Assembly: GCA_020891255.1 (NCBI GenBank)
Contig: BQFW01000015.1
Location: 2,418,001 to 2,482,000, forward strand
Origin: Entomortierella parvispora E1425
Lineage: Eukaryota > Fungi > Mortierellomycota
Length of the DNA stretch: 64,000 bases
Direction of reading: 5' to 3'
In this document: one piece after another, positions 11,526 through 24,205 of the stretch
Layout of the letters: each line of letters opens with the position of its first letter
Numbering within the stretch: position 1 is the first letter of the stretch
The notes under the pieces: model-generated
What the model saw: the letters and a program-made list of their open reading frames with translations, nothing else
What the model was told of the DNA's origin: nothing
Databases searched by the model: none
Translations under genes and position numbers: made by a program

Positions 11526-14500
11526 ATGTCACTGCGCCAATCTCGACTGTATGGAACATACTTCTTGCTACATAGAACCCGTGTACCATCTTTTTGCAGG
11601 AACAAAGGCTAACTCGCTCATTCCCCTCATTCCCCTTCATCGACAATGTAGATCATTTGGACCGCCCAAGCCAGCTTTGGTGGCGTCAACTGCCAATTCA
11701 GACAAGAATGAAGCCAAGGTCAACAAAGACGCTGGTTCAGAACCCACCAGCAAGCCTTCAGAGGAGAAATCAAAGACTCCATCCAATGACGTCGAAATGG
11801 AGGAGGAGGAAACCGTTCGGGGTAAAAAAAGGCGTTCCTGGTCTAGGTGCCCACAATTGCCCTTCGGATCACGGATATCTAACTTTTTGATTCACCTTGA
11901 ATAGGAGGCTCAAAAAGCAAGAAAAGGGAACGTCGTTTGGTCGATTCAGATGATGAGGATACAGCTCAGGAGCCCACAAATGCTGCAGAGGAGACCAAGG
12001 TGCATGCATCTACTCAGGAACACCGCGAGGAGGAATTGGCAACTACTACAAAAAAGTTGAAGCTCGACGCTGCTTCCCCCAAGAAACCAAAGACACAGGC
12101 TATCGAGAAGATTTCGCAAAATCCACTTACGACCCCAGAGGTCACTGATGATCTAATTGAGGCTGCAGAGAAGGAGGAGGCAGAACTTCAGGCGGCACAA
12201 GCGGATGATATCGAACAGGCTGCGGAAGCAGTAGAAATTAAGCAGGCTGCTGCGAAATGGCAAGTTTGGCTGTTCTTCCTTGCTCAGTTTCAATCCATGA
12301 CTTACAGATCTAACTAGCAATTACTTTGATGTTATAGGGCGGATATGTTTTCCAGGTCATCCGACAATCTGGAAGCTGCATCTTGGAAGAAAGGAGAGCC
12401 GTAAGTGAAAATTCGTTGCCAGAAATCCTTCAATCCTGCTCACGGGCTGTTAACATTGAATCGATATGTTGTTGACCGGATAGTGTTCCCTACGCGGCTT
12501 TATGTCAGACTTTTGAACTGATTGAGGCGACCCCGAAGCGACTTCAGATTCTGGACTACCTGGTCAAGTTTTTGATTCAGGTCATCAAGCTTAGCCCCGA
12601 GAGTTTGCTCACTGTCATCTACCTCTCCATTAACAAGGTATGCTCATGGTGTTGATGTGGAGCTTCTTTTGACACTCTCTGAACTTGACTGACTGGTCCT
12701 TCATTTTTCGACATTATAGCTCTGTCCAGAATACGAAGGACTTGAACTGGGCATTGGAGAGTCATTGCTTTTGAAAGCTATTGCTGAATCAACAGGAAGA
12801 GAAATGAAGAAGATCAAGGCTGACTATGCAGAGATCGGAGATCTTGGAATTGTTGCCATGGTGAGAATTGGGCTTTGCGTTTGCCTCACGTACCGACAGC
12901 CAAAAAACGAGGGACTGACATTCTGCCCATTTTTATGACCATGTGAACTTTAGAACAGCAGAAGTAATCAGCCTACTATGTTCAAGCCAAAGGCACTTAC
13001 TATTCCCCATGTATTCAAGACCCTCAAAGACATTGCCTCTTTGTCTGGAAACTCTGTAAGTGGATCTGGGATTGCTATGGAGATAGTTTCGTGAAAACCT
13101 GATAGAGATCTAGCAACATCGCACTGATATCCTCCGTTGTATATAGTCGCAAAAGCAAAAAGTGGACAAGATCAAAGTTTTGTTGGTGTCGTGTCGAAAC
13201 AAAGAAGCCAAGTTCTTGATGAGGTCTCTGGAAGGCAAGCTTCGTATTGGTCTTGCCGAAAGAACTGTGGTTGTCGCCCTTGCCCAGGCCATTGTCTTGT
13301 CCCGCCCAGGTATAGAGAAGCTTCAGTTCCACCCTTTTGTTTTAATTTGTCTCGGCTATTGTGATACAACACGATTTTAATGCTCTCTTGGATTTCTAGA
13401 TATCAAAAAGATCTCGAAGGATAAGCTGCAGCATGAATTGGAGCAAGCTGCAGATGTGGTCAAGTCTGTTTACAGGTATCGTGGATTTAAATATACGGGG
13501 CATCTATACCTTGCTACTTGACATGGGTCTGACTGTTTACTCTTTTGTCCCTCTTTAGTGAACTGCCATGCTACGACCTCATTGTACCGGCACTTCTCAA
13601 GGGTGACATCAAAGGGCTTCAAGAGGCGTGCAAGTTGACTCCAGGTAAGACAGTATACCCGTATTAGCCATGCATTTCTCTAGTATGAGTCAACTCTCGC
13701 TAACCGTCATCATGTTCTAGGTATTCCACTAAAGCCCATGTTGGCGCATCCTACCAAGGCGCTTACCGATATTTTGGATCGCTTCGAGAACATTGCATTC
13801 ACTTGCGAGTACAAGTATGACGGCGAGCGTGCCCAAATTCACAAGTTGGACGATGGCAGCATGAGGATTTACAGTAGAAACTCTGAGAACATGTCCGCCA
13901 AGTATCCTGATGTCATGGAGCGTCTAGTGAAGGTAAGGCGAGATGGTGGATAACGGCTGAGACACACAAGCTGACGTCAGAGTGGATCCAACCCTTACTT
14001 TTCTATTTTTATTTTTCTGTAGTTCGCCAAGGCGAATACCAGATCGTTTGTTTTGGATTGTGAGGCAGTGGCGTGGGACCGTGAACAAAAGTGTATTTTG
14101 CCCTTCCAAGTCTTGAGCACACGAAAGCGCAAGGATGTCAAGGAAGAGGATATCAAAGTTCAGGTTTGCATCTTTGCCTTTGATCTTCTCTACTTGAACG
14201 GCGAGTCTCTTCTTCGGGAACCCCTCTCCAAGCGCCGAGAGCTTTTATTGGACCACTTTAACGAAGTGGATGGCGAGTTTGCCTTTGCAAAGAGCATGAA
14301 CTCGACTCAAATTGAGGACATTCAGATCTTTTTGGACCAGAGTGTAACAGATAACTGCGAGGGGCTGATGGTCAAGACTCTGGATGGCACCGAGGCCAGT
14401 TATGAACCCTCCAAGAGATCCCGCAACTGGCTCAAGGTCAAGAAGGATTACCTCGCAGGCGTTGGTGATTCGATCGATCTGGTCGTGATTGGTGCTTACA

Positions 14501-14964
14501 TTGGCAAAGGAAAGCGTACAGGAGTCTATGGAGGTTTTTTGTTGGCGTGCTACGATCCTGATCGGGAGGAGTACCAGTCGATCTGCAAGATTGGAACAGG
14601 ATTCAGTGAACAGGATCTTGAGGATCATTACAAGGAACTGAAGGAGCATGTGATCCCAGCACCTCGATCGTACTACATTCTAGGAGAGGGCAATCGACCC
14701 GATGTCTGGTTTGCACCGGAGAAGGTCTGGGAGATCAAGTGCGCAGATCTTTCCATCAGTCCAGTATACAAGGCCGCGATCGGAATTGTAGACGCGACCA
14801 AGGGTATCTCACTCCGATTCCCCAGATTTATCAGGCTTCGTGAGGACAAGTCACCAGAGAGCGCGACGTCCAGCGAGCAGATCGCCGAGATGTACAAGGA
14901 CCAGAAGTTGAACACGGTCAAGAGCGACATGAGCAAGGGCGTGGACATGGACTTTGACTATTAA
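11526..14964 (+). CDS. CDC9: DNA ligase I (multi-exon)
   Basis: WKKGEPVPY, PMLAHPT, active-site [40 protein letters not shown]. Confidence 0.97.
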
Positions 14965-15204
14965 ATCATCATACCACGATAATTAAAAAGAAAAATACCC
15001 CATTTGATTTTAGAAGGACTGAGCATGAAGATCAGGGCGACCCATGCGCTAATCTGTGCTGGGCGTGTGCGAGCCTCCTCCATGCACGCGATTCAGGCGT
15101 GTGAAAGGACTGGCCCCAACACAAAAAATTTAAAATAAAGGGCTGATCGCGCTTCAACGACGCGCAACTCTCCTGACTCTTTTCCTCCCCAACCACCTCA
15201 CATC

Positions 15205-16680
15205 ATGGATCTCGGACTGGAACGCATTACCCGGCTACTGGAATCCCTGACGCCATCGTGGTCCACATCCTCCTTCTCCTCGTCTACATCCACAGCTCTC
15301 AAACCCCCTCATTTGGCCATTCCCATTCTTCATGTCGCAGGCACGAACGGCAAAGGCTCCATCTGCGCCTACCTCGCCTCAGTTCTCCAAGCGTCCGGGT
15401 TCAAAGTCGGTCGATACAACTCGCCTCATCTGCTCGTTCCCCGGGACACGATCCAGGTGAACGGTCAACCCATCTCTCAATCTGATTACGACTATGTGAC
15501 TCAACTCGTCCGCGCCAAAGATTCAGAACTGGGATTACAGTCGACCTCGTTTGAGCTCTTGACAGCTGCGGCCTTTTATTGGTTTGCCTACGGAAGGAGT
15601 GCCGAGCATGGAGGAGCAAGAGGAACAGAACATGGTGGCGTCGATGTGGCCGTGATCGAGGTCGGTGTCGGCGGACGATTGGATGCGACCAATATCATGC
15701 CTGCCCCGGCGATCGCCGTCATTGCTTCGATTGGAATGGATCACGCTGGATTGTTGGGAAACACGGTCGAGGAAGTCGCCTTTGAGAAGGCTGGCATCAC
15801 CAAGGCTCATGTGCCTGTCGTGATCGCACCCCAGATCGAGGGTGAGAAGGTCTACAAGGTCTTGGAAGATCGAGCAAAGAGTCTCGGTCTCTCCTCTGAT
15901 CAGATTTATAAGGTCAAACCAGCCCATTGGATCCATAGCCACAATAACGGCAGCCATGAAGAGAATGCAGAATTGGACGACGGGTACCGGTTTTGGGTAC
16001 CCTTGTTGGGCGACTTTCAGCTGGAGAATGTGGCGACGGCGATCCAAGCTTTGAGAGTGCTGGCGAATGACAAGTCGGCAGGCTCGATCTGGAAGGGGCG
16101 CATCACTGAAGAATCGATCCGTCAAGGGATTCGAGGAACCGTTTGGCCAGGGAGGTTACAATGGGTCCAATCCGCCACCAACCCAAAGTTCCTCCATGGC
16201 GATTTGTTGGTCGATGGTGCCCACAACCCTGCGGCGGCGGTGGCCCTGAGAAAGTACCTGGATCAATACCTCACAGCATCCAACTCTTTGACAGAGGAAA
16301 CTTCGGCGTCCAAGAGAACCGTTCACTGGATCATGGCTTTTACAAAGGGCAAGGATATCGAGGAGATGTTTGAGATTCTTTTCCCTGAATCCGAGTCAGA
16401 GTCAGAGTCAGAATTGTCTGGGGTCGAGAATTCATTCTCGGCTGTTGAATTTAGTCCGCCAGAGGGCATGCCCTGGGTCTCACCGATCGCGGCCACAGAG
16501 GTGTGCGCACGTTTGGATGCGCAACAGAAAAAGTTGTCCCGAAGCAGTATCACGTCGATCAAGGGATTCGGAACCGATCTTGCAGAGGCATTAACGGATG
16601 TTGGCTCAAGACAAAAAGACAAAGATGTGGTGATCCTCTGTGGATCATTGTACCTGGTTGCAGATCTGATGCGATTGTAA
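15205..16680 (+). CDS. FOL3: Dihydrofolate synthetase / FolC family
   Basis: 491 aa intronless ORF. MDLGLERI, HVAGTNGKGS P-loop, IEVGVGGRLDATN, VDGAHNPAAA, CGSLYLVADL. Confidence 0.92.
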   Translation: MDLGLERITRLLESLTPSWSTSSFSSSTSTALKPPHLAIPILHVAGTNGKGSICAYLASVLQASGFKVGRYNSPHLLVPRDTIQVNGQPISQSDYDYVTQLVRAKDSELGLQSTSFELLTAAAFYWFAYGRSAEHGGARGTEHGGVDVAVIEVGVGGRLDATNIMPAPAIAVIASIGMDHAGLLGNTVEEVAFEKAGITKAHVPVVIAPQIEGEKVYKVLEDRAKSLGLSSDQIYKVKPAHWIHSHNNGSHEENAELDDGYRFWVPLLGDFQLENVATAIQALRVLANDKSAGSIWKGRITEESIRQGIRGTVWPGRLQWVQSATNPKFLHGDLLVDGAHNPAAAVALRKYLDQYLTASNSLTEETSASKRTVHWIMAFTKGKDIEEMFEILFPESESESESELSGVENSFSAVEFSPPEGMPWVSPIAATEVCARLDAQQKKLSRSSITSIKGFGTDLAEALTDVGSRQKDKDVVILCGSLYLVADLMRL

Positions 16681-16786
16681 ACGAACAAAGATAATGTCGA
16701 AATAAACCAATTTTTAATGGTTTCTATACAAGAGGTATTCAAGATGCAGATAAATGTAGATGTCCAGTAGACGTCGCGTCGCTGCT

Positions 16787-17916
16787 CTAGGCCTTGGTCT
16801 TTCCGACGATGGCATAGCGCTTTTCAAAGAAAGAGTACCAATCGGCAAGAGTCTTGAGCTATGAGCAGGGAGGCAGAGAATGAAAACAGGGTTTTTTAGT
16901 GCATTGCGATAAAGACAATGACAGTAACACGCAATTGCACCAAACAGTCGATCACTTTACCTCCTTCTCGTTCAAACTACTGTAGTCAGCAATGCAGTCC
17001 TCGACCTTCAAAGAGCTCAGACCCAAAGCCTAGAAGCAAAGAGAAGCAAACACGTATCCCGCACAAAATAAAAAAAAAAAAAAAAAAAGTCAATCGGGGG
17101 GCGAGCGAGTAAAAAGAGCAAAAAACAAAGCTACTCTGTCGTGTGACGGCAAACGACAAGGGTGGCCGTCATTGGTGCGGGGCAGGCCTCCACTCCCCAA
17201 CCAGGAACCACCAGTCACCGCAAACGAGATTTTTTTTTCTTACCTTGGAAGCATCACGACCAGCAAAGCAACGGTAACCTCCCTCGGGACCATACATGGC
17301 CTTCTTGGCCGAGACATCAAAGACAATACCCTTGATCGCCACGTAGATGGGCTTCTCTGCGTCCGATCCATCGAACTTTGAGAGCTCCTCCAACGTAAAA
17401 GTGCGGCTCAGGTTAGGCGCAGGCAAGGGACTATTTGAGAAAGTCAAAACGGCAAACACAAGGTTAGTTTTACGTGTTTGGCCAAAGGGCAAAAAAAAAA
17501 AAAGAGACAGCGAGAGAGTTGACTTGACATTGAGGAACATGGCACATGGCACATGTACTGCCATGAGTAGGTTTAATGTCATGGTATTTTTAAAGGAGGG
17601 TGCAGGAAAACTAGATTATGGGTGCTGCTCATTTGCTTTTAACATACGTATCGGGGACAGCGAAGGCCTTGGGCTTGGGTGCTGATGAGTCAGCTCCAGA
17701 CTTCTTGACCGAGGAAGAGGCACCAGTAGGCTCGACCTCCTTTTGGTCATCTTCCTCCTTCTTCTCAACCGTGGTTGACTTCTTGAATTCGAAATAACGG
17801 TTGCGAATGTCCTGCAGGATGGAGAAGACCATGGCAAAAAAGCATGCACCGAGAAGAAGCGTCATGGTGTCGCGATCGTTGCTCATCTCCTGGAATTTTG
17901 CTTTGAGGGCGTCCAT
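16787..17916 (-). CDS. DAP1: Membrane-associated cytochrome b5-like heme/steroid-binding protein (MAPR/Dap1/PGRMC family)
   Basis: Four exons: N-terminal TM exon; FTLEELSKFDGSD...IYVAIKGIVFDVS...YGPEGGY..FAGRDASK; ALGLSSLKVEDC; LADWYSFFEKRYAIVGK*. Confidence 0.85.
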
Positions 17917-18411
17917 GGTCGAAAGCTTGCTTGTAGGTAGGTTGTTGCGTTGAGATGAAGTGGAAAAGAAAGAAAGAAAGAAAGAAATGGGATAGATGGA
18001 CGAGGGCAAGAGAAAAGATGAGGGCAGAGGGAACAAAAAAATAAGTTCAGTCCAACCGCCTGTGGGAGCCAATTCTCCGAGACGTTGTGAAAAGTGGAAA
18101 CCCCAAATAAATTTTATTCTAATAATTTTGATCTCAAATAAAATATATTGGTGGCGGTGGCTCAGCCAAATTTTTTTCTTCGCACGCTTCGATCGACGGC
18201 GGTGAACAAACTTTTTTTTGGCCGAGCCCTGGGTTCTACTTGTTGTGTGGAGTCGCCGGAGGTGGAGCAGATACACTCCGCCAACACAAATAATTCTCCT
18301 TGGGCTCCGTCCTTTCCTTTTTCTCTTCTTTATCTCCTCCGACAACACCCTTCTTTCCTCTCTTCCCACGCGACAATACAACAATCAAAAAAGGAGGCAA
18401 AAAAAAAAAAA

Positions 18412-19242
18412 ATGTCTGATCAAGAACAGAAGCAGGAGCCTTACATCCAACCCCGGTTCGAGACCGCTCGTCTCACCTTGGACCCTCCCTCGGCTGATGA
18501 TGACGTTGCCATGGGCGCCATGTTTTCAGATCTGGAAACCATGACTCATTTACGATTCATGACCAAGGAAGCCCAAGGAGGATGGAAGCCTGCGGATATC
18601 ACTGCCCGTCGTGAAACCCAGTGCAAAGCCATTGCCGAGAAGCGAGGATCGACTTTTTATATCCATGACAAGAAGACGGGCGAGTTGGTCGGTGTTTGTG
18701 GCGCAAACGTGATCAACGTTGTGGATCGCAATGCTGTTGTGGGAATCATTCTTTGGAAGAAGTACTGGTCTGGTGGCTATGGTACCGAGGCCCTGTACGA
18801 GATGATGAGGGGGTTGTTTGAGGACTGGAACATGCACAAGGTAAGACGATTGATCCTCTCGTGCATCCTTTCCTTTTTTTCACGTTCTTTCTCCCATGTC
18901 CTCTTCATTTCTCAATCCCGCTCTGAGTCATTCTTGGTCAGGCTTTGAACCTTTTGTTTTCTAATTATTAATTTTTTTTTTCTATTGCTTCATCTTTCAT
19001 GATAGATCACCTACGAGACTCGCGAGGTAAACACAGGCATGCGAAAGTTCTTGGAGGAAGGTTGCATGACCCCATTGACGTATATCCGCAAGGATGAGCT
19101 GATGTGTCCTCATACTCATCAATGGGTCTCGTTGTGGCAATACGTCATTTTTGAAGAGGATTGGCCACGTATCAAGGAAAATTTGCTCGCGAACATTCAG
19201 CGTGGCGCTGCCAAGCATGCCAACAAGACCGAGTCTGCCTAA
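18412..19242 (+). CDS. RimJ/RimL-type GNAT N-acetyltransferase (tandem paralog 1)
   Basis: FETARLTL...AVVGIILWKKYWSGGYGTEAL. Intron 18841-19005. Exon 2 ITYETREVNTGMRKFLE. Confidence 0.85.
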
Positions 19243-19707
19243 TTTATATCTTTTAATACAAAGTCATGTAGAATAAAAAAAAAAAAAAAAAAAAAAAGAA
19301 AAGGGAAATCTCGAGAGAGATTCGAGAAGGTCAAGATAGTTGAGGGAGTTATCTCGTTTTCGTCCGCTTCAAAGACACTGGATTTTCAGTCTCATTTTCT
19401 CTGAACGTCGTGAAATTAGCGATATATCGCTCCATATGGTGCGGATCCTTTATATCCAGGAACCATCTGACAACGGTGGTGGCTGCGGTCAACCACATGA
19501 TGCATCCATTGGGCGGTTCAAAGAAAAGGGAAAAAAGAGCTCGGGCCGCAAAAACGAGCCTAAATGAGCCCTCTGCTCTTTTTCCATTGCGCCTCTCTTT
19601 CCTTTCTCTCGTCCTTTTCCCACGTCCAATTCTTTTCTCCATCCGTGCCACCCACTTTCTGAATCCACGGACAAAGGAACATTAGGAAACAACAGATATT
19701 ACTCGAA

Positions 19708-20473
19708 ATGGTCCAACAACCACCTCAAACATATGTTCCGACACGTTTCGAGACCGCGCGTCTGAGCATGGAGCTGCCGACGCAAGCTGACGATGCCATG
19801 CAGAAGACCATGCTCAATGACCCCGTAGCTATGGCCCATCTCCAATTCATGTCCAAGCAGGAAAAGGGAGGCTGGACCTTGGCTGATATTGTGAACCGTC
19901 GGGAGGGGCATCTCGAGGCCGTGGAGAAACACAGGGGGGCTTCGTTTATCATCCACGAGAAATCGACGGGCGAAATTGTCGGCACGATTGGGTCCAGTGT
20001 GATTCATTATGACAACAGGAATGCACATATAGGGGTCATGGTGAGGACAAAGTATTGGTTCGGCGGCTATGGTACAGAAGTCCTCTATGAATACATGCGC
20101 ACACTTTTTGAAAACGTGAAATTACACAAGGTAAAATGAACAAAAAAAAATGTTTGTTATATTTTCAGTTTCATACCATCCATTTTGGTTTTGGGTTGGG
20201 TTGGTCTGACCATCTGGTAACGCATACAATGCTTTGGGTTGCTAGGTGACATACGAAACATTGGAGTCGAACACAGGCATGCGCAAGTTCCTGGAGCAAG
20301 GATGCGGGATTCCCGTGACATACATCTTGAAGGACGAGATCTTGTGCCCGTGCACGAAAGAGTGGGTTTCGCTTTGGGTTTACGTGATCTTTGAGGACGA
20401 CTGGCCGCGTATCAAGGCAGACCTACTCAACAATATAAAACGCGGTGCTGCACAGATGGCCCAGTGTATTTAA
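19708..20473 (+). CDS. RimJ/RimL-type GNAT N-acetyltransferase (tandem paralog 2)
   Basis: FETARLSM...IGVMVRTKYWFGGYGTEVL. Intron 20131-20245 at the same position as in paralog 1. Exon 2 VTYETLESNTGMRKFLE. Confidence 0.85.
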
Positions 20474-20615
20474 GAAGACATCCTTCTAACAGATCACGAT
20501 TTATTTACAAGAATAAAAGAAAAAGAATGACGGGAGTTGGGGTATTATACAGAGTTACAATGAAAAAAAAGAAAAACACAGAAGCAGTACGACATTAAAA
20601 CAGAGGACGACAGAC

Positions 20616-23600
20616 TCAATCGGCGACGACCTGGCTCTTGTTCTTGTTCTTGGATCGGGGAGAGTCATCGTTCTCGGTTTCCCAGCCATCACTTCCAGCC
20701 TCGTCCTCTCGAACCGTGAGTTGCTTCACCAACTTTTCGGTCCTTGAGCTCGCTTTTGAAAATATCATTTCAGCTTCCGACCGGTCCATGAGAATAAGAC
20801 TCTTCCTGGAATCGCCCATTGCGCTGTCCATGGAGGTATCTTTGCCTGCAACATGACTACTGCGCCTTTCCGAGTCCAGATCGATAACAGATTCCTGCTG
20901 TGCTTTCAAAAGCTGCTTCAAAAACTTGTTGTTGGGGCGCTTGGAAGCCGTGACAGCCAAATCATCGCCATCGCCAGATCCTGTTGTATCCATGAACGGG
21001 GATTCACTCATCGAGTTGGTAGTACGACGGGGTGAAATGCTCCGTGACCGTCTCCTAGAATGGAGGGGAGATCTTGGCGGCGTGCCTGAAGGTGAAAGCA
21101 GATCGGAGGCAGGTCTCTTCAGTCGACGAGGTGTCGAGGTTTGTCTGGGAAACGAGGGAATTTCCTCCACTTCCTCCGTAAGATCGGTAAGATCGTAGTT
21201 GACTATCCGCCCAGCTCTAGCCCGTTGTGAAGGTGATGATATCTCCTCCATAGTGTCTGTCGTGACAGAAGATATGGAAATAATAGAGCCGTTTCTTCTA
21301 GAAGGTGATCCGAACGGAGAAGTCAACAGATCGAGAGAGGTCGTCGTTCCAGGAGGTCCAGAATTGCGCACAGTCGTATTCCTGGAGGTCTGAGTGGAAG
21401 GAACTCTTGTCAAGGAAAACCCCGTGCCCGCTGGAGATTCGCTCCTTGAATACACTTTGCTACCAACAGCACCAGGTCGTTGGAATGGAGTGTTGTGCAT
21501 TTTCCTAGGCGATTGTAAAAATGGATTGTGGCTCGAGTGCGATGATCGCGAGGGTGTAGTCTGCAGCGTCTGCGAGCGTGCGCGTGTCGGTGTAGTTGGC
21601 AAGAAGCTGGGAAGATTTCGAGTGTGTTGAGATGTAGGTGTGCTAGGCCGATTGAATGACATTCCGGTTCTATTTGATGTCGGTGTCCTTGGCTCGGCTG
21701 AGGATGGTGGTGGCGATCCTCGTTCAGTCGTAATCTCTGGTGGAACTGATGGAGAGATGCGGCGAGGGTGCGGAGACTGGGGTACCTTGTTTGGATTTTG
21801 TGATCCATACCGTAAATCCTGTTGAAGCGCAAGAAATTTCCGTAGTGCCTAAGTCATGATCATTCCGGAGAAACGTTGTCAGTATCGGGTCTCGGATGGG
21901 ATATCCCATGAACCGTAAAGCAAAACGCAAACGTGCTGTATTACCCTTCCTCGCTTTTCATTTTCCCTGCCTTCCCTGGCTTCCTGGGCATGCATCTTCA
22001 TGGCCGAGATATACTCTTCACCATGGACCATGAAAGGCCGGCCATTCTCCTCCTGCCACTTGATGAGAATCTCTTCCAGTTCTGAAGCAGCTTTTGGAAG
22101 CTCCCGACTCATTCGCTTCCTGAACTTCTCCTCTCTCAGTAAACGACCGGGATCACGATGAAAGAGGCGTTGCGAGTCCATTGAAGTGATCTCGAAAGCT
22201 CGAATATCTTCTAGCAACAACTGGTATCTCTCCACGGCGTTCAATACATGCTCATGCTCTTCTACTTCTGCCTTTAGTCGAGCAGATTCAGCCTCATGTG
22301 CAGCCAAATTTTCATCCGTGTATTGGTTGTCCTGAAGGGGAGCAAAACTCTGCCATTGCTCCTCAGTGTAGTACAGCTTGTCCCATAGTTCGTGAAGGCT
22401 CGCTCGTTCAGCCTTGATAAACTCTTCAAGTTTTTGACTTTTCATTTCTTCAAGTCGAGAGAGTTCATCCTTGTGCTATTGCGGACAAAGGTGCAATGTT
22501 AACACTGACGAAATGGCCTCTCAGAAGGCTCATTCCCCAAAAGTTACATAGACTTACTGCACGAATATCATCGTTGGTAAGGCCAACATGGGCTTCTAAG
22601 AAATCCTCCCGATATTTGTCGTCTATCCGTAGCTTGTCCCAGAGAGTCGAAATCTCGGTCAAATGCTCCTTCAGAAAGACTCTCCGTCGCGAACGCTCAC
22701 TTTCCAGCTATTGCGTTCCATCAAGAAAGAAATCATCAGTGGTCAGTCGACTAATTCACATTTTTTCATATGGACACGGTTCATGACTGATGCACATACC
22801 ATGGACTCTCTCATTTCCAGTCGTCGAAGAGTTTCGTCCGTGACAGAGGGCTCTTCCTGTTCACCATCAATGACCTCTTTGTCAAAAGAGTCCTGAGGTG
22901 AAATTCCTAGCTGGACCCACATTTTCTTGATCCCGGCAATTGAGGTCTTCACAGACTCTTTTCTTTGTTTCTATAAGACCAGTTGCAGTCAACAATAAGT
23001 ATATAGGCCCTGAACATGAGTACTGACTGACTTATATCCAGCTCACGTTCCTTACCTGTATTTTCTCGCAGGCGGCAATGGCATCCTCGAATTTTTGAAC
23101 GACATCAAACGTGACAGACACATTGTCCCCCGGGATGGGTCCTGGCTGTACGAGCGATGGTCCAAGAATATCAATGAAGCTTGAAAGACGTTGGTGGAGC
23201 GCTCGTATCTCGGCCAGTTTTTGATTGTAATGCTATGTGAAGAATTGCCTGTCAGCCAGGTTTTCCGCTGTCGATATAAAACGCGGTGTCAATGTTCACT
23301 TACATCCTGAATAAAATGATGTTCATCCTTGAGCAGACTATGACGGTCCCAGAGTGACATGCCTTGCAGCGTCTCAAACAGGGCCTGGATAGCGTCGTCG
23401 CCCTGGCCTAAAAGTCCGGTCATTGAGCGGATGCTGTCCATGAGTTCATCGCATTTGACGACGAGCTCGTCTCTGGATTCGGCGAGTTTAGCGACCTGAG
23501 TGTCCATGGCAGTGATGCATTGGTCAAAGAGAGCCTGACATTCCCGAGTCCTGACGTCCTCGGGCGTGCCAATGTCCTCGAACAGGGTTTGGAGAGCCTC

Positions 23601-23642
23601 ATACTTGGCCGCCAGCTCTGGCAGGAAGTCGTTCAGCGACAT
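20616..23642 (-). CDS. ASE1: Ase1/PRC1/MAP65 spindle midzone microtubule-bundling protein (multi-exon)
   Basis: L...YEALQTLFEDIG, EISTLWDKL, LHELWDKLYY, DPGRLLREEKFRK...LPK and FMVHGEEY, followed by a disordered S/T/P-rich tail. Confidence 0.88.
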
Positions 23643-24079
23643 TGTTGATTTCCACGCAAGGGTGGATCCACGGTGGCGTCGACGATCAATCCAGGAATGA
23701 GTCTGATTTTCTCGGCTGAGCGATGGAGATTGATGCTGAGCAATGGGGGCTTCAAGACAGAAGCAAGGCAAGACAGTCTAAAGGTTGAGCCAAGAGTCAG
23801 GGAGGGAGAGGGAGGAGAGGGGGCAGAGACAGAGGAAAAGCAAAGAAAAACACGCGTCGGAGGGTGTGTGCAGTGTGTGTGCAGTGTGCTGTCCCTGGAC
23901 CACTTTGATTGAAAAAAGGACACTCGCTGAGAGCAACCTGAAAGAGAATGAAAAAAAAAAAAAAAAAAGAGGCGATGGGCGAATCGAATCCGAGGACAGC
24001 GGTTTCGTTCTTTTTCTTCTTTTCTTGTGTTCTTTTGCTTCTGTTCTTCCCATTCTGGACCAGTGCGTCTTTTGCCTCT

Positions 24080-24107
24080 CTGTCTGTCTGTCTGTCTGTC
24101 TGTCTGT
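24080..24107. repeat. (CTGT)7 microsatellite in the ASE1 / nucleoredoxin-like divergent promoter
   Basis: Directly visible perfect tetranucleotide repeat. Confidence 0.95.
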
Positions 24108-24205
24108 CCTCTTTCCTCTCTTTCTCTTCTCCATCATTCCATTCCTTTTCTCTCTCCATCTCATCCCCCTTTCACTCCTCATCACCTTACTACCAATATA
24201 TAAAA

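Noticed and set aside
17629-18948. Long upstream extensions of ORFs 17629-18384 and 18148-18948
   Set aside because: They begin at non-ATG codons and translate low-complexity promoter sequence. The real starts are 17916 and 18412.
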